Shown piece by piece: positions 45,713 to 56,874 of a stretch of 64,000 nt of DNA (position 1 is the first letter of the stretch; each line of letters starts with the position of its first letter). The notes beneath the pieces are model-generated. The model did no database searches, was not told the origin of the DNA, and saw only the letters and a list, made by a program, of their open reading frames with translations. A program made the translations under genes and the position numbers. Origin of the DNA: an uncultured archaeon (GTDB taxonomy: Archaea > Thermoplasmatota > Thermoplasmata > Thermoplasmatales > Thermoplasmataceae); the NCBI GenBank assembly GCA_000965745.1, contig CP009479.1:384001-448000 (forward strand), read 5' to 3'.

Positions 45713-47449
45713 ATGGCTAGAGAAGAAGCGATTTTTAGAATTGGAGGAGCCGCTGGTGACGGTGTCCAGTCTGCCGGGCAGATCATGGGCAAAACACTCT
45801 CAAGAAGTGGCCTCCATGTTGTGACTTATCTTTATTATCAGGATATAATAAGAGGCGGTCAGAGCTGGTACCAGATTAGAGGCTCTGCCAACGAGATTAA
45901 ATCCCAGGGCGACGGGCTTGATATCCTTATTGCCCTGAACAAGGATGCCTTGACGAGGCATACCAATCCTAAGATTAATGAAGGTGGAGCTTCACCATTG
46001 CAGGGAGTTGCAATTTTTGACAAGGGAATTTCGGGCTATGAGGCAGTGGATGGTGTAACATACTGTGCCATGCCTCTTGCCGAGATTGCTGCAAAGTACG
46101 GTTCAAACAAACTCATGAAGAATACTGTTGCCCTTGGGGCTGCGGCTGCTGCCAGCGGGCTTTCCTTTGATGTTATGTCCGATGTCATAGCAGACACCTT
46201 CGAGGGGAAAGGGGACGTAATAAAGCAGAACCAGGATGCAGCAAAGGAAGGGTACGACTATTTCAGCCAGCATTTCAAGAAGCTCGAGATCACTCTCAAG
46301 ACGAGCAACAGGAAAAGAATGCTCATGGGTGGTGGAGACGCAGTAGGCCTGGGGGCGGTAATGGGCGGGTTGAAATTCTACGCCGGATACCCGATGACTC
46401 CAGCCTCATCTGCACTTCATTTCCTGGCATCACACGCCAGTAAATACGGAGTTTTTGTAAAACTGCCGGAAGATGAGATAGCTGCTATAAACATGGCAAT
46501 AGGCGGGAACTATGCCGGCCTGAGGTCAATGACCGGGTCCTCCGGCGGAGGTTTCTCACTTATGGTTGAGGCACTGGGAATGGCAGGCATGATGGAGGTT
46601 CCACTCGTGATTTACGAATCACAGAGGTCGGGGCCTTCGACTGGATTGCCCACCAAGACGGAGCAGGGGGATCTTAATCTGGTTCTTGGAGCCTCGCAGG
46701 GAGATTTCCCAAGAATCGTCCTTTCGCCGCGGAATGTGGAGGAAATGTTCTACATGACTGCAGAGGCACTCAATCTGGCGGAAAAATACCAGACCCCTGT
46801 CATACTCATGTCAGATCTTTACCTTTCGGAGAATTATGCAACAGTGAATGACCTTGACCTCAAATTCAAGATTGACCACGGAGAGAGGGCAAAGGACAAC
46901 ACCGAGGATTTCAAGAGATATCTTGACACGCCTACCGGAATATCCCCCAGGGCGATTCCTGGCCAGGCTGGCCTTGTGCACAACGAGGATTCGGATGAGC
47001 ACAACGAGTATGGTGATGTTGTAAGCGATGCTGTCACAGACCCGAGAGACAGGATCAGGGCAATGAACAAGAGAATGAGGAAGATGGAGACCTACATCAA
47101 GAGCATGACTCCGACTCCGACATACAAACTTGATGGCGCAGAATATGCGATAGTTCAATGGGGATCTACACAGGGCGTTGTGGAAGAGGTCGTAGACGCA
47201 CTCAAGGAGAAGGGGCACAAGGTTGGTGCAATAGAAATCAACAGGCCGTTTCCCATGAATCCTGACATTGGAAAACTCCTTGAAGGAAGGAAGAAGGTCA
47301 TAGTTGTTGAGGGAAATTACACAGGGCAGTTCAACAGGCTGCTCAAGTCAGAGTTTCTCGTTAAGACGGAACTCATCACCAAGTACGATGGGGAGAACTT
47401 CTACCCCAGCGCCCTTGCGGGTGAGATAGAGTCGGTAATTAAGAGGTGA
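45713..47449 (+). CDS. 2-oxoacid:ferredoxin oxidoreductase, alpha (gamma-alpha fusion) subunit
   Basis: GGAAGDGVQSAG, YPMTP, EDEIAA and QRSGPSTGLPT motifs. Confidence 0.93.
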   Translation: MAREEAIFRIGGAAGDGVQSAGQIMGKTLSRSGLHVVTYLYYQDIIRGGQSWYQIRGSANEIKSQGDGLDILIALNKDALTRHTNPKINEGGASPLQGVAIFDKGISGYEAVDGVTYCAMPLAEIAAKYGSNKLMKNTVALGAAAAASGLSFDVMSDVIADTFEGKGDVIKQNQDAAKEGYDYFSQHFKKLEITLKTSNRKRMLMGGGDAVGLGAVMGGLKFYAGYPMTPASSALHFLASHASKYGVFVKLPEDEIAAINMAIGGNYAGLRSMTGSSGGGFSLMVEALGMAGMMEVPLVIYESQRSGPSTGLPTKTEQGDLNLVLGASQGDFPRIVLSPRNVEEMFYMTAEALNLAEKYQTPVILMSDLYLSENYATVNDLDLKFKIDHGERAKDNTEDFKRYLDTPTGISPRAIPGQAGLVHNEDSDEHNEYGDVVSDAVTDPRDRIRAMNKRMRKMETYIKSMTPTPTYKLDGAEYAIVQWGSTQGVVEEVVDALKEKGHKVGAIEINRPFPMNPDIGKLLEGRKKVIVVEGNYTGQFNRLLKSEFLVKTELITKYDGENFYPSALAGEIESVIKR

Positions 47450-48303
47450 ATAAAATGGTAGAATTGAAGGATTACAAAGGTCATGTTGCACCGGACTGGT
47501 GCCCCGCGTGTGGAAATTTCGCACAACTTACCGCAATGGAAAAATCATTGACAGAGCTCGGCATAGAGCCGAAGGATGTTGTTGTAGTATCCGGAATCGG
47601 GTGTTCCAGCAATCTCCCGGAGTTCATTCATGCCTATGGTTTCCACGGAATCCATGGAAGGCTGCTTCCGGTTGCATCTGCAATAAAATGGGGAAACCCG
47701 AAGCTTACAGTCATTGGCTATGGGGGGGATGGAGATGGTTTCAACGAGGGAACACAGCATCTTTACCACGCCGCAAGAAGAAACGTCGACATGACATACA
47801 TTGTTTCAGACAACCAGATTTTCGGCCTCACCACAGGCCAGGCATCCCCTACTTCACCGACTGGGCTGAAGACAAAAACAACACCAGACGGCAGCGTGGA
47901 AAAGCCCGTGAACCCGATGACATATGCGCTTTCAGCAGGAGCAACGTTTGTTGCCAGAGCGTTTTCCGGAGACCCGAAACACCTCCAGGAAGTAATCACG
48001 GAAGGAATCAAGCACAAGGGATTCTCGTTCATTGACGTTTTCAGCCCGTGTGTTACATTCAACAAGCTGAACACCTACGACTATTTCAGGAAGAGAGTGT
48101 ACAAACTGACTGACAACGACAGGAAAGATTTCCAGCAGGCCTACAAGTTTGCAGAAGAATGGAACGAGAAAATACCAATTGGAATTCTCTACCAGGTCGA
48201 TGAGGAGAGGTATGACCAGGTTGATCCGGTTGTCTCACAGGGGCCGTTGATAGATCGCGAGCCGTACAGGCTCACTCAGGAAGACCTAAAAGAATTCCTC
48301 TAA
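47446..48303 (+). CDS. 2-oxoacid:ferredoxin oxidoreductase, beta subunit
   Basis: WCPACGN, SGIGCS, TPP-binding GGDGD and SPCVTFN motifs. Confidence 0.93.
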   Translation: MNKMVELKDYKGHVAPDWCPACGNFAQLTAMEKSLTELGIEPKDVVVVSGIGCSSNLPEFIHAYGFHGIHGRLLPVASAIKWGNPKLTVIGYGGDGDGFNEGTQHLYHAARRNVDMTYIVSDNQIFGLTTGQASPTSPTGLKTKTTPDGSVEKPVNPMTYALSAGATFVARAFSGDPKHLQEVITEGIKHKGFSFIDVFSPCVTFNKLNTYDYFRKRVYKLTDNDRKDFQQAYKFAEEWNEKIPIGILYQVDEERYDQVDPVVSQGPLIDREPYRLTQEDLKEFL

Positions 48304-48440
48304 TTATATTTTTTATATTATTTAATCTCCCCTTCAGGGGTTTTAGCTGTTTTCCGCATACATCGAAATATACATCATGACCTAAACATTTAAATACATA
48401 GATTCTGATAGACGATAACTTCTACACGGAGGAATAAAAA

Positions 48441-51400
48441 GTGGAGAATAACGAAGATAAAGGAAAAGCTCCGGAAGAGCCGAAAGTTACTGCTCCGCCA
48501 TCACCCCCGAGGAAACCGTCAACCTCGGGAAAATGGATAGCAGTGATCATAGCTCTTTTGGTAGTGATTGGAGTGCTTGGCGGGCTTCTAGCAACGCACT
48601 ATGCACCAGCGGCCCCAAGCGGGCCTTCTGCAACACTATCAAGCAAAGTCGGAGCGATAAATCAGAATGGTACATACTCTACGAATATCACTGCCACAGG
48701 CAGTTTTAAGAACATGACAGTGTACTATGGAGATGGACACAGCCAGCTATTGAACTACAGTGGTAGTAACACGGTGAAAGTAGTGCATCATTACGCACAG
48801 CCGGGAGAATTTTACATTTTCGCTGACATCAATTACGGATCATCAACTGGATACTTTTTTGAGCCTGTAAAGGTCAGTCCTAACTATCCGTCAATTAACT
48901 ATGCGTACAGAGCACTGGCGGTAGATCCAGCTACATCCTCGACACAGCAGATTAACAACATATCAAACATATTCTCACCTGGTGGGCATATGAGACTTGA
49001 CTTCCTGCCTTCAGTTGGAGGAGGAACTTACAGTATCATATCACAGACTCTCACGCTTTACAACCAGTCAGGCATGGTTTCCCAGGAAAGCATACCTTAT
49101 GCATACAACATAAACAGCCATGGATATGCGCTTCCAGTGCCTGGAGTAACGTACGCAGACCTCCAGAGCGGAATGTACACCCTTCAGGTTCAGACCACAA
49201 CTGCACCAGTAAACACAACACAGTCAGTAACAACAACTGTGACAAACACCCAGAGCACGCCTTACGGAATACCGCTTACAGGCAGCCCAGGTATGACATA
49301 TCCGTTCTCAACAGGATCATCTGTTGCAGCAACTGGATCACAGAACGTTACATACAGCGTCCCTGTGACTAACCTGGCATACACGATGGGTGACCAGGCA
49401 ACCTTCGCGGGAGCCGCAAAGCTCAATGTGTCAAACACTGCCAACGTGACTGTTGTTTCAGGCAGCGGAACATTCGCAAACGCAACCCAGTTCCACCCAC
49501 TGAACACAAGCAGCAGTACCCAGGCTTACAGTCTAGTCCCAGCAGGATATGTGATAACACTCACATCAGGAACCACACTGATGTTCAACAACAATGTAAC
49601 CGCAATGACCGTTAACACCCAGACGACGATGAACTTTACCGGAAACTACACTCTCGGCTTCGTGAATGCAGTCGTTGCAACACTCAGTAACAACGCTGCT
49701 TCAAGTGTGTCAACAGGAGTTACCTACGAAGCTGGAACTGCATTCTCTAACCTGAATAATGCTGCCTTTGCAGTGCCTTCAACTAACGTGAGCTTCTCGA
49801 AGAGTGCTGCTGTAACATTTGGTGCTCCAACTGGAGTAACGATGAACACAGCAGCTAACATTAGCACGAGCGGAACAGTGTACAACAAAACTGGCGTAGC
49901 TGTTGCACCAACGCATGGGTATGTGTTGCTTAACGCATCAGAGACATATCTGCTGCCAACAAGTGCAATAACCTTCAACTCTGCAATGACCGGCCTTATG
50001 CTTCTTAACACTTCATCTAGTCTAACATTCGGTGCCGGAAACTATAACTTCACCCTGATGAACAAGACTATGGTGTCTGTTACAGGTTCAGGTTCAGTAG
50101 TGCTTTGGACTCACCTTGCTTATACGCAGATGCTCAAAGGAACCGGAACGGTTGGGCTTAACAACGGCCAGTATGACCAGTCTAAGACGATTACTTCAAC
50201 ATACTACGAGGACTTCCCGGTTGCCCAGAAAGTAACACAGCAGACTGTCGCAGGCACAGCTTTCACGAACGCAGAACCTAATGCACCTGGAGGATACACG
50301 ACACTCGATCCGTCAATCGCATACTACACTGCAGACTCTGAGATACTCAACAATGCTCTGCTGCAGCTTGATACCTACAACGGATCTGCAACAGACGCCT
50401 TTGTGCCACTCGCAGCTTCATACCTTCCGACTCTGACTAACGGTGGAATCAATACAAACTCCGCTAACTACACACAGAAAACACCATGGGGAACAACATA
50501 CGCAGTCAACCTGACACCGGGAATGAACTACACCTTCCACATAAACCACGCCATAACCTTCCAGAATGGAGCACCGCTCACTGCTTGGGATGTTATGTAT
50601 ACGTTTACGAGGACACTGCTCTTTGACGCAGCCAGTCCGGGAACTGGTGGATGGGTTATAGCGCAGTACCTCCTGCCGGGAGACTACTTCGCATCTAACA
50701 CATTCTACAACATAACACACAACATAACTGTGAACAACCAGACGAACACTATAACGTTCCACTTCCAGCAGTCAATGCCAGCTTCACTTGTGTTCCAGAT
50801 ATTCGCTTCATCTGGCACATGGATTGAGCCGGCAGCATGGTTCCAGGACCACGGAGCTGGAATAAAATGGACTCCTAAAGGATTCCAGGACTACAAGGCA
50901 CAGGGAAATATAGCGGGTTACAACAGTTACGTGCAGAATCATGTGATGGCCGATGGACCTTATATGATATCTTATATCGTTCCGGGTTCACAGGTTACCA
51001 TGGTGAAGAATACAAACTTCGTGCAGCCTAACAATACATACTACAGAAAGCCGACGATAGACAGAATCAACCTGCTTTATCTGTCCAGCAACCAGCAGGC
51101 GTTCCTGCTTCTGAAGTCTGGACAAGCAACATCAGCAGCTCTGCCTACTACGTACTTCAATCAGACAACACAGATGATCAACCAGGGACTGCTGCAGAGA
51201 CACGGATTCCCGACACTGGGTCTGTACTTCTATACGTTCACCATGAACACAAACCTGCAGATTCTGAAGACAGTCAGCTCACAGGCAAACCTGCCGTCCA
51301 ACTTCTTCATGAACCCGAATGTTAGGAAAGCGTTCGCATACGCTTACAACTACAGTCTGTATTACAACCAGCAGGTAGGAAACCAGATATACAACACGAC

Positions 51401-52238
51401 ATTCCTGTCGCCGTATGCTGGTATGCTGCCACCTGGAATGCTGTATCAGCAGACACTTTCGGACCTGAAGAATGCAAGCGCTCAGGTGATCAATGGCGGT
51501 AATGGACTTCAGCCATTCCAGAAGGTAATGGCACAGAAGTACTGGAACATATTCATGGGCCAGACAACTGTAGGCGGACAGCATGATAGCCCTGCAGCCA
51601 TGGGTATTACCAAGGATAACAGTGGAAACATCATGTATAACGGTAACAAGTTGTACATACCAATAATGATTCCAAACAGCGATCCTACTGATAAGGCCGC
51701 AGTGACAACCTGGGCCAGCGACATTGCACAGGTGATACCGGGAGCAACTGTTGTGCCTGTAGAGCTTCCGCTTACAGACATATTTGCTGCATATGCCATA
51801 CCAGGCCAGAACCCAATGCCAATAAGTTGGGGTGGATGGGCACCGGATTATCCGTATCCAACGGACTATCTGCTGCCAATGGGTATACCCATAAACTCCT
51901 CTACATACATGGGTCCAGCCGGTTACACGCCATACGTGGTGGGCAACACAAGCAATGCGGTATACAACCTGTCTGAATCTGCCTTCATGAACCAGGAAAT
52001 AAATGCACTGGACAATGCAACCAGCAACGCAACACACCCTGCTGCTGCTCAGAAATGGTTCCAGATAACAAATGGAATGATTGTGAACAGCACGATAGAG
52101 GTCTACATTGGACAGGCAGTACAGCACTGGACCATGAGTTCGAAGATAAGCAGTAGCGACATAATTAACTACCAGGAAAATGTGATGATAGGAGGAGGGC
52201 AGGATCTCCAGTATAACCTGCTTTCCTTCACATCATAA
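48441..52238 (+). CDS. Very large ABC-type peptide-binding protein (family 5), paralog of 26872-30231
   Basis: Same TM anchor, PKD-like domain and SBP motifs (TLDPSIAY, TAWDVMY, NVRKAFAYAY, WAPDYPYP), with a longer T/S/N/A-rich insert. Confidence 0.9.
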   Translation: MENNEDKGKAPEEPKVTAPPSPPRKPSTSGKWIAVIIALLVVIGVLGGLLATHYAPAAPSGPSATLSSKVGAINQNGTYSTNITATGSFKNMTVYYGDGHSQLLNYSGSNTVKVVHHYAQPGEFYIFADINYGSSTGYFFEPVKVSPNYPSINYAYRALAVDPATSSTQQINNISNIFSPGGHMRLDFLPSVGGGTYSIISQTLTLYNQSGMVSQESIPYAYNINSHGYALPVPGVTYADLQSGMYTLQVQTTTAPVNTTQSVTTTVTNTQSTPYGIPLTGSPGMTYPFSTGSSVAATGSQNVTYSVPVTNLAYTMGDQATFAGAAKLNVSNTANVTVVSGSGTFANATQFHPLNTSSSTQAYSLVPAGYVITLTSGTTLMFNNNVTAMTVNTQTTMNFTGNYTLGFVNAVVATLSNNAASSVSTGVTYEAGTAFSNLNNAAFAVPSTNVSFSKSAAVTFGAPTGVTMNTAANISTSGTVYNKTGVAVAPTHGYVLLNASETYLLPTSAITFNSAMTGLMLLNTSSSLTFGAGNYNFTLMNKTMVSVTGSGSVVLWTHLAYTQMLKGTGTVGLNNGQYDQSKTITSTYYEDFPVAQKVTQQTVAGTAFTNAEPNAPGGYTTLDPSIAYYTADSEILNNALLQLDTYNGSATDAFVPLAASYLPTLTNGGINTNSANYTQKTPWGTTYAVNLTPGMNYTFHINHAITFQNGAPLTAWDVMYTFTRTLLFDAASPGTGGWVIAQYLLPGDYFASNTFYNITHNITVNNQTNTITFHFQQSMPASLVFQIFASSGTWIEPAAWFQDHGAGIKWTPKGFQDYKAQGNIAGYNSYVQNHVMADGPYMISYIVPGSQVTMVKNTNFVQPNNTYYRKPTIDRINLLYLSSNQQAFLLLKSGQATSAALPTTYFNQTTQMINQGLLQRHGFPTLGLYFYTFTMNTNLQILKTVSSQANLPSNFFMNPNVRKAFAYAYNYSLYYNQQVGNQIYNTTFLSPYAGMLPPGMLYQQTLSDLKNASAQVINGGNGLQPFQKVMAQKYWNIFMGQTTVGGQHDSPAAMGITKDNSGNIMYNGNKLYIPIMIPNSDPTDKAAVTTWASDIAQVIPGATVVPVELPLTDIFAAYAIPGQNPMPISWGGWAPDYPYPTDYLLPMGIPINSSTYMGPAGYTPYVVGNTSNAVYNLSESAFMNQEINALDNATSNATHPAAAQKWFQITNGMIVNSTIEVYIGQAVQHWTMSSKISSSDIINYQENVMIGGGQDLQYNLLSFTS

Positions 52239-52290
52239 CTTTTTCCACCCTAAATTTTTTTTAAAATTCCATCTTTATTTTATTTCTGTA
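52239..52290 (+). terminator. Oligo-T archaeal terminator region
   Basis: Several T tracts immediately follow the SBP stop codon. Confidence 0.5.
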
Positions 52291-52551
52291 TTGTTCTAAT
52301 ATGACTTTCTGACTTTCCAATCTTGAAGTGCGAATTATGAGTTATTGCAATGTTGAAGTAATAGATTCAGCAAAGCCTGTTTGCATTAAGGAGACCGGCA
52401 TTGTTTTGACTTGAGCCGAAGCTATTTAGCCATAGTCCACAACAAAAAACCATCTTTCTACGTTTCTGAATAAGCAGAATGGAACCTCTGCATATTGCAG
52501 GTAAAAAGAGATGAGCCAAATTGTCTGTATAGAAAAGGTATCAGTATAGAT

Positions 52552-52896
52552 TCAGTATTCTTTTCCAACTGGCCATATTCTTCTGAAGAGCTTGCCCTGA
52601 TAGAAGATCACCACTGCTTCAATTAAGGCTATCAGCATTACAAAGTACAGGTCATAGAGGCCAAAAGAAAAAAACAGGTTTGTCGCCCTGCTGTAAAAAT
52701 GACCATTTGGTATGTACCTGAACATGTATGCGATGATCAGTCCATCCAGGAAAAGACAGGCCACGAGATAAAAACCTCTCAGGAAGTCATCGAAGATGTA
52801 CCTGATCAGTTGCCCTCTCGTAAGGTCCTTCGAGGTTACCTCTTTCTTTTCCTCTTCTTCACTCTTGTAGGATATCCTGGTAGACTGTCTCGCCAT
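52552..52896 (-). CDS. Small 2-TM hypothetical protein, last gene of the dpp operon
   Basis: Overlaps the 3' end of dppF; two hydrophobic helices. Confidence 0.65.
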   Translation of the reverse strand: MARQSTRISYKSEEEEKKEVTSKDLTRGQLIRYIFDDFLRGFYLVACLFLDGLIIAYMFRYIPNGHFYSRATNLFFSFGLYDLYFVMLIALIEAVVIFYQGKLFRRIWPVGKEY

Positions 52897-54334
52897 CTGG
52901 CTTCTCGCCTTTGTTCTCCTTTTCCCAATGGTTGTAATCGTAGATCAGGCATGATACAAAATGTCCCTTCACAGGCTCCGTAAGCCTTGGTACATCTCCC
53001 TTGGACATCTTTACAGTGATCACGTTGTTCGTCTGGCCGAAACCTATGGCCTCTATAGCCTTGAACCGCACTCCTCTTTCTTTCTGAGATTCCTTTGCAA
53101 TGAGGTTCTTGAAGCTGTCCAGTACGCTGCTGGAATTACCGCTGTATGGAGTAAGGGTGATCGTTAGAGTGTCATTCTCCTCATCGACCAGTATTTCCTC
53201 AGGTCTTGGAAAGTCTGCGGCGTCAGGGTTCCTGTAGGGATCCAGCATTTCGTTTATAGGCTCAGCCATATCTCCAGAGGACCATCCGCAATTTGCCATG
53301 GCAACCGGGCACCTTGGGTGGAAATAGCAGCCCTTTGGCGGGTTTGAAGGACTTGGAATTTCACCCTCCAGGACGATTCTCTCTACCTTTGTCTCCGGGT
53401 CTGGTATAGGTATGGCCGAGAGAAGTGCCTTCGTGTAAGGGTGAAGCATATCAGTAAAGAGTTCATCTGTTTCAGAAAGCTCTACCAGCTTGCCCAGATA
53501 CATAACGGCAACACGGTCGGACATCATCCTTATTACACTAAGATGGTGCGATATGAACAGGAATGAGAGATCAAACTTTCTCTGTATATCCCTCATCATG
53601 TTCAGGATCTGCGCCTGAACTGAAACGTCAAGGGCTGAAGTCGGCTCGTCCAGGACAAGAAGCTTGGGGTTGATTGAAATTGCCCGGGCAATACCTATCC
53701 TTTGCCTCTGACCTCCACTGAATTCGTGGGGGAAACGGTAAAGGTGATCTTCGCTCAGCCCTATTTCTTCAATCAGCTTCATAGTAATCTCCCTGATTTT
53801 GCTTGACCTTGTCTTGTTCAGAAGTTTCATTGGCTCGGCTATTATATCCCTGACCAATTTTCTCGGATCAAGGGAACTGAAAGGGTCCTGGAAAACAGGC
53901 TGCATAATTTTTCTGTATTCAAGCAGCTTTTTCCCCTTCATCTCAGTGATTGAGTACTTTGACCTGAGCTCTTCAAGCTTCTCTTCCATCTGTTTTTCTT
54001 CCTTTGGATCCACCGTCGCATCAGTCTTGGGGTCCCTGATGTGGTGGAGATTTTCCTCAAGCGAGATGATTTCCTGCATCTTGTCCTTTGGAAGATCGAG
54101 GTAAACATTGCCCTCTGTTGCTTCTATAAGCTTGAGTATGGTTCTCCCAAGGGTTGTCTTTCCACAACCTGTCTCTCCCACAACACCAAGTGTTTCTCCC
54201 TTCCTGAGCGCGAAGGTTACATCATCAACTGCTTTTACCTTTCCTTTGGACCTTCTCAGCCCGGAGGAAATATCAAAGTATTTCTTGAGGTGTGATACAT
54301 ACAACAGTACATCTTTCTGATCTGTTTCGCTCAT
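52859..54334 (-). CDS. dppF: Peptide ABC transporter ATPase (with insertions)
   Basis: GETGCGKTT, FSGGQRQR, LDEPTSALDVSVQAQ and C-terminal PKGCYFHPRC. Confidence 0.9.
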   Translation of the reverse strand: MSETDQKDVLLYVSHLKKYFDISSGLRRSKGKVKAVDDVTFALRKGETLGVVGETGCGKTTLGRTILKLIEATEGNVYLDLPKDKMQEIISLEENLHHIRDPKTDATVDPKEEKQMEEKLEELRSKYSITEMKGKKLLEYRKIMQPVFQDPFSSLDPRKLVRDIIAEPMKLLNKTRSSKIREITMKLIEEIGLSEDHLYRFPHEFSGGQRQRIGIARAISINPKLLVLDEPTSALDVSVQAQILNMMRDIQRKFDLSFLFISHHLSVIRMMSDRVAVMYLGKLVELSETDELFTDMLHPYTKALLSAIPIPDPETKVERIVLEGEIPSPSNPPKGCYFHPRCPVAMANCGWSSGDMAEPINEMLDPYRNPDAADFPRPEEILVDEENDTLTITLTPYSGNSSSVLDSFKNLIAKESQKERGVRFKAIEAIGFGQTNNVITVKMSKGDVPRLTEPVKGHFVSCLIYDYNHWEKENKGEKPDGETVYQDILQE

Positions 54335-55911
54335 TGCGCTTCACCTGCCGGCTCACCGACATATTCTCTTGAATAAAGGAAACAGGCCACTTTATGGCCA
54401 GGTTCTACTTCAACCAGCTTCGGTTTCTTCTCAGAGCAAACATCCATGGCGAATTTGCACCTTGGATGGAATCTGCATCCCGAAGGAGGAGTAATCAAAT
54501 TTGGAACTGTACCCGGGATAGACTCGAGTTTCTGATCTGCCGATCTCTTCTTGTCAGCCCTTGGGATAGCTCTCATAAGGCCCATCGTATACGGGTGCTT
54601 CGGATCGTGGAATATTTCCTTGACTGATGTCTGCTCTACAAGATTCCCTGCGTACATGACACCGACACGATCGCACATCTCTGCTATGACAGCAAGATCA
54701 TGGGTGATGAAAAGAACAGAACTGCCGGTAACCACATTCAGTTCCTTGATAAGCTCAAGTATCTGGGCCTGGGTTGTAACATCAAGTGCTGTAGTTGGCT
54801 CATCAGCAATCAGGAGCTTTGGATTTGCAGCGAGTGCCATGGCGATCATTGCCCTCTGCTGCATGCCACCACTCAGTTCGTGGGGATAAGAGTCGATCAC
54901 TCTTTCAGGGCCTGCAATATTGACAAGATTTAGGAGCTCCAGGGCCCTCCTTCTGGATTCTTTCTCCAGGGGCCTGTCCATTCTCTTCCTCATAAGCTTG
55001 TGCTTAATGGTGAAGGACATGAACTTGGAACGCATTTCCGACCTCTTCTGACTTATCTGCTGCCTAAGATGTTCTGCTTCCGATTCATTCCTGTTTGCTT
55101 CAGCTTCTATAAGATTCAGGTTCAGTGCAAATAACTCATCGTCCGCCTTGTAATATTCGCGTGCCACAGAAAGTGGCTGAAGGTCGATTCCGGTCTTCTC
55201 CTCAGCGAGGAGCGAAAGAAGCTCTTTCTTTACATAATTGATGTCTTCAGAAGTGTTGATAAGATCGTATATTGACTCGTCAGAGTCAGGGACACCGTAT
55301 TCTCTGCTCCATCTGTTGACAATCCTTCTCCTTTCGTCATAGTCCTTCGTCTTGACGATCTTCTGTATAAGCTCGTCAACGCCATCTTCTCCCAGTGTTT
55401 CCCTACGAATGATAGAATTGATGATGTCAATTCTGCTGTGAAGCATGATATTCTCTACAATCTGGTATCCAATTGAAAGCACAGGGTTGAGTGCGAGGAA
55501 TGGCTCCTGGAAGATCATCGCAACCTTGTCGCCCCTTATTTTAGAGAGAATGTAGTTATGCCTCTTTATCAGCCTCTTGTTTCTTTTGACCTTTACATTC
55601 GTCTCTGATTTTACCTTTATCTGTGCCAGTTTGTCCAGATCGGATATGATGTTGAAGCCATCGATGTATATCTTTCCCCTTACTATTCTGCCAGGGGGAT
55701 CGGGAACAAGGTCCATTATTGAAGTTGCCGTGACACTTTTTCCACAGCCACTCTCCCCTACAAGGCCAAATACTTCTCCTCGCTTTACTGAAAGGTCAAC
55801 GCCATCAATGGCCTTGACGATTCCCTTGAAGGTAAAGAACTGTGTTACAAGATCCCTGACTTCCACATAGTTCTCTTCTTTTACTTCACTCTGTTTTACC
55901 TCTGTTTCCAT
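54331..55911 (-). CDS. dppD: Peptide ABC transporter ATPase (with large helical insertion)
   Basis: GESGCGKS, LSGGMQQR, ADEPTTALDV and GCRFHPRC. Confidence 0.9.
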   Translation of the reverse strand: METEVKQSEVKEENYVEVRDLVTQFFTFKGIVKAIDGVDLSVKRGEVFGLVGESGCGKSVTATSIMDLVPDPPGRIVRGKIYIDGFNIISDLDKLAQIKVKSETNVKVKRNKRLIKRHNYILSKIRGDKVAMIFQEPFLALNPVLSIGYQIVENIMLHSRIDIINSIIRRETLGEDGVDELIQKIVKTKDYDERRRIVNRWSREYGVPDSDESIYDLINTSEDINYVKKELLSLLAEEKTGIDLQPLSVAREYYKADDELFALNLNLIEAEANRNESEAEHLRQQISQKRSEMRSKFMSFTIKHKLMRKRMDRPLEKESRRRALELLNLVNIAGPERVIDSYPHELSGGMQQRAMIAMALAANPKLLIADEPTTALDVTTQAQILELIKELNVVTGSSVLFITHDLAVIAEMCDRVGVMYAGNLVEQTSVKEIFHDPKHPYTMGLMRAIPRADKKRSADQKLESIPGTVPNLITPPSGCRFHPRCKFAMDVCSEKKPKLVEVEPGHKVACFLYSREYVGEPAGEAQ

Positions 55912-55915
55912 GTCA

Positions 55916-56866
55916 TTACCTCCTCAGTTTAGGATCAAGCACATCCCTCAGGCCGTCCCCCATTACACTTACTGCTATAGTGAAGACCACCAGGAATATG
56001 GACGGTATGATGATCGGCCACCATGCTCCGTAAACGATGTACTGGTTACCCCAGTTGATCAGGATTCCAAGCTCAGGAAGATAGGGATTTCCCCTGTTAA
56101 GACCTATGAACTCCAGGCTTGCGAACAGCTGAACAATAATACCGATGTCCAGGGATATCTGCACGAATATCGGAGACAGAACGTTCGGAAAAACATGCAC
56201 GAATATATTCCTGAATTTTGAAGATCCGGAAGCAGTCGCGGCCTCAACATATCGCATCTCTTTTGTGCTGAGTGCGAGACTCCTGGATAGCCTTGCGTAG
56301 ATGGGCCACCATATGATCATGAATGCTACGACAATAAAGATGAAGTTATCCCCAAGGGTGTATATAATTGCAAGGGCAAGGACAATCTGCGGTATACTGA
56401 AGAATATATCAGTAATCCTCATCATGAACTCGTCAACCATGCCTCCAAGGTATCCGGAAGCAGTTCCTATGACCATTCCTATTGCCACGCCAATGGCCAC
56501 AATGGCTATTGAGTAAGCCATATCAAACTTGAGAGCTGCAAGCATTGCCGGAAGCACTGGAATGCCGTACTGTGTCGTTCCGAAAATGTACATTATGCCC
56601 TTGCTCAATGTTGGCGGGGAAGGAGGGACCAGCTGAGGCTGCTGTCCGTAAAGGAAGCTGAGCATCGTATTTGCGTTTGTAACACCCAGATACTGTGGGT
56701 ATACAAAATCTAGCAGTGCAATGAAGAAATAGATCATCATCACGACGAAACCGGAGAAAGCAAGCTTGTTCTTGAAGAACAGTTTCATTGTGTGCTTCAT
56801 GTCCTCCAGTTTCGGGTTTCTTTTCTGGGGTTCTACATTTTTCTTAAAAACATTTACTTCTGCCAT
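55916..56866 (-). CDS. dppC: Peptide ABC transporter permease
   Basis: MRITDIFFSIP, EAA motif YVEAATASG and GDGLRDVLDP. Confidence 0.92.
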   Translation of the reverse strand: MAEVNVFKKNVEPQKRNPKLEDMKHTMKLFFKNKLAFSGFVVMMIYFFIALLDFVYPQYLGVTNANTMLSFLYGQQPQLVPPSPPTLSKGIMYIFGTTQYGIPVLPAMLAALKFDMAYSIAIVAIGVAIGMVIGTASGYLGGMVDEFMMRITDIFFSIPQIVLALAIIYTLGDNFIFIVVAFMIIWWPIYARLSRSLALSTKEMRYVEAATASGSSKFRNIFVHVFPNVLSPIFVQISLDIGIIVQLFASLEFIGLNRGNPYLPELGILINWGNQYIVYGAWWPIIIPSIFLVVFTIAVSVMGDGLRDVLDPKLRR

Positions 56867-56874
56867 TTAACCAC

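Noticed and set aside
51279-52127. 282-aa antisense ORF and the many other shadow ORFs within long genes
   Set aside because: They lie fully antisense or out of frame to well-supported genes, lack motifs, and are expected from codon bias.
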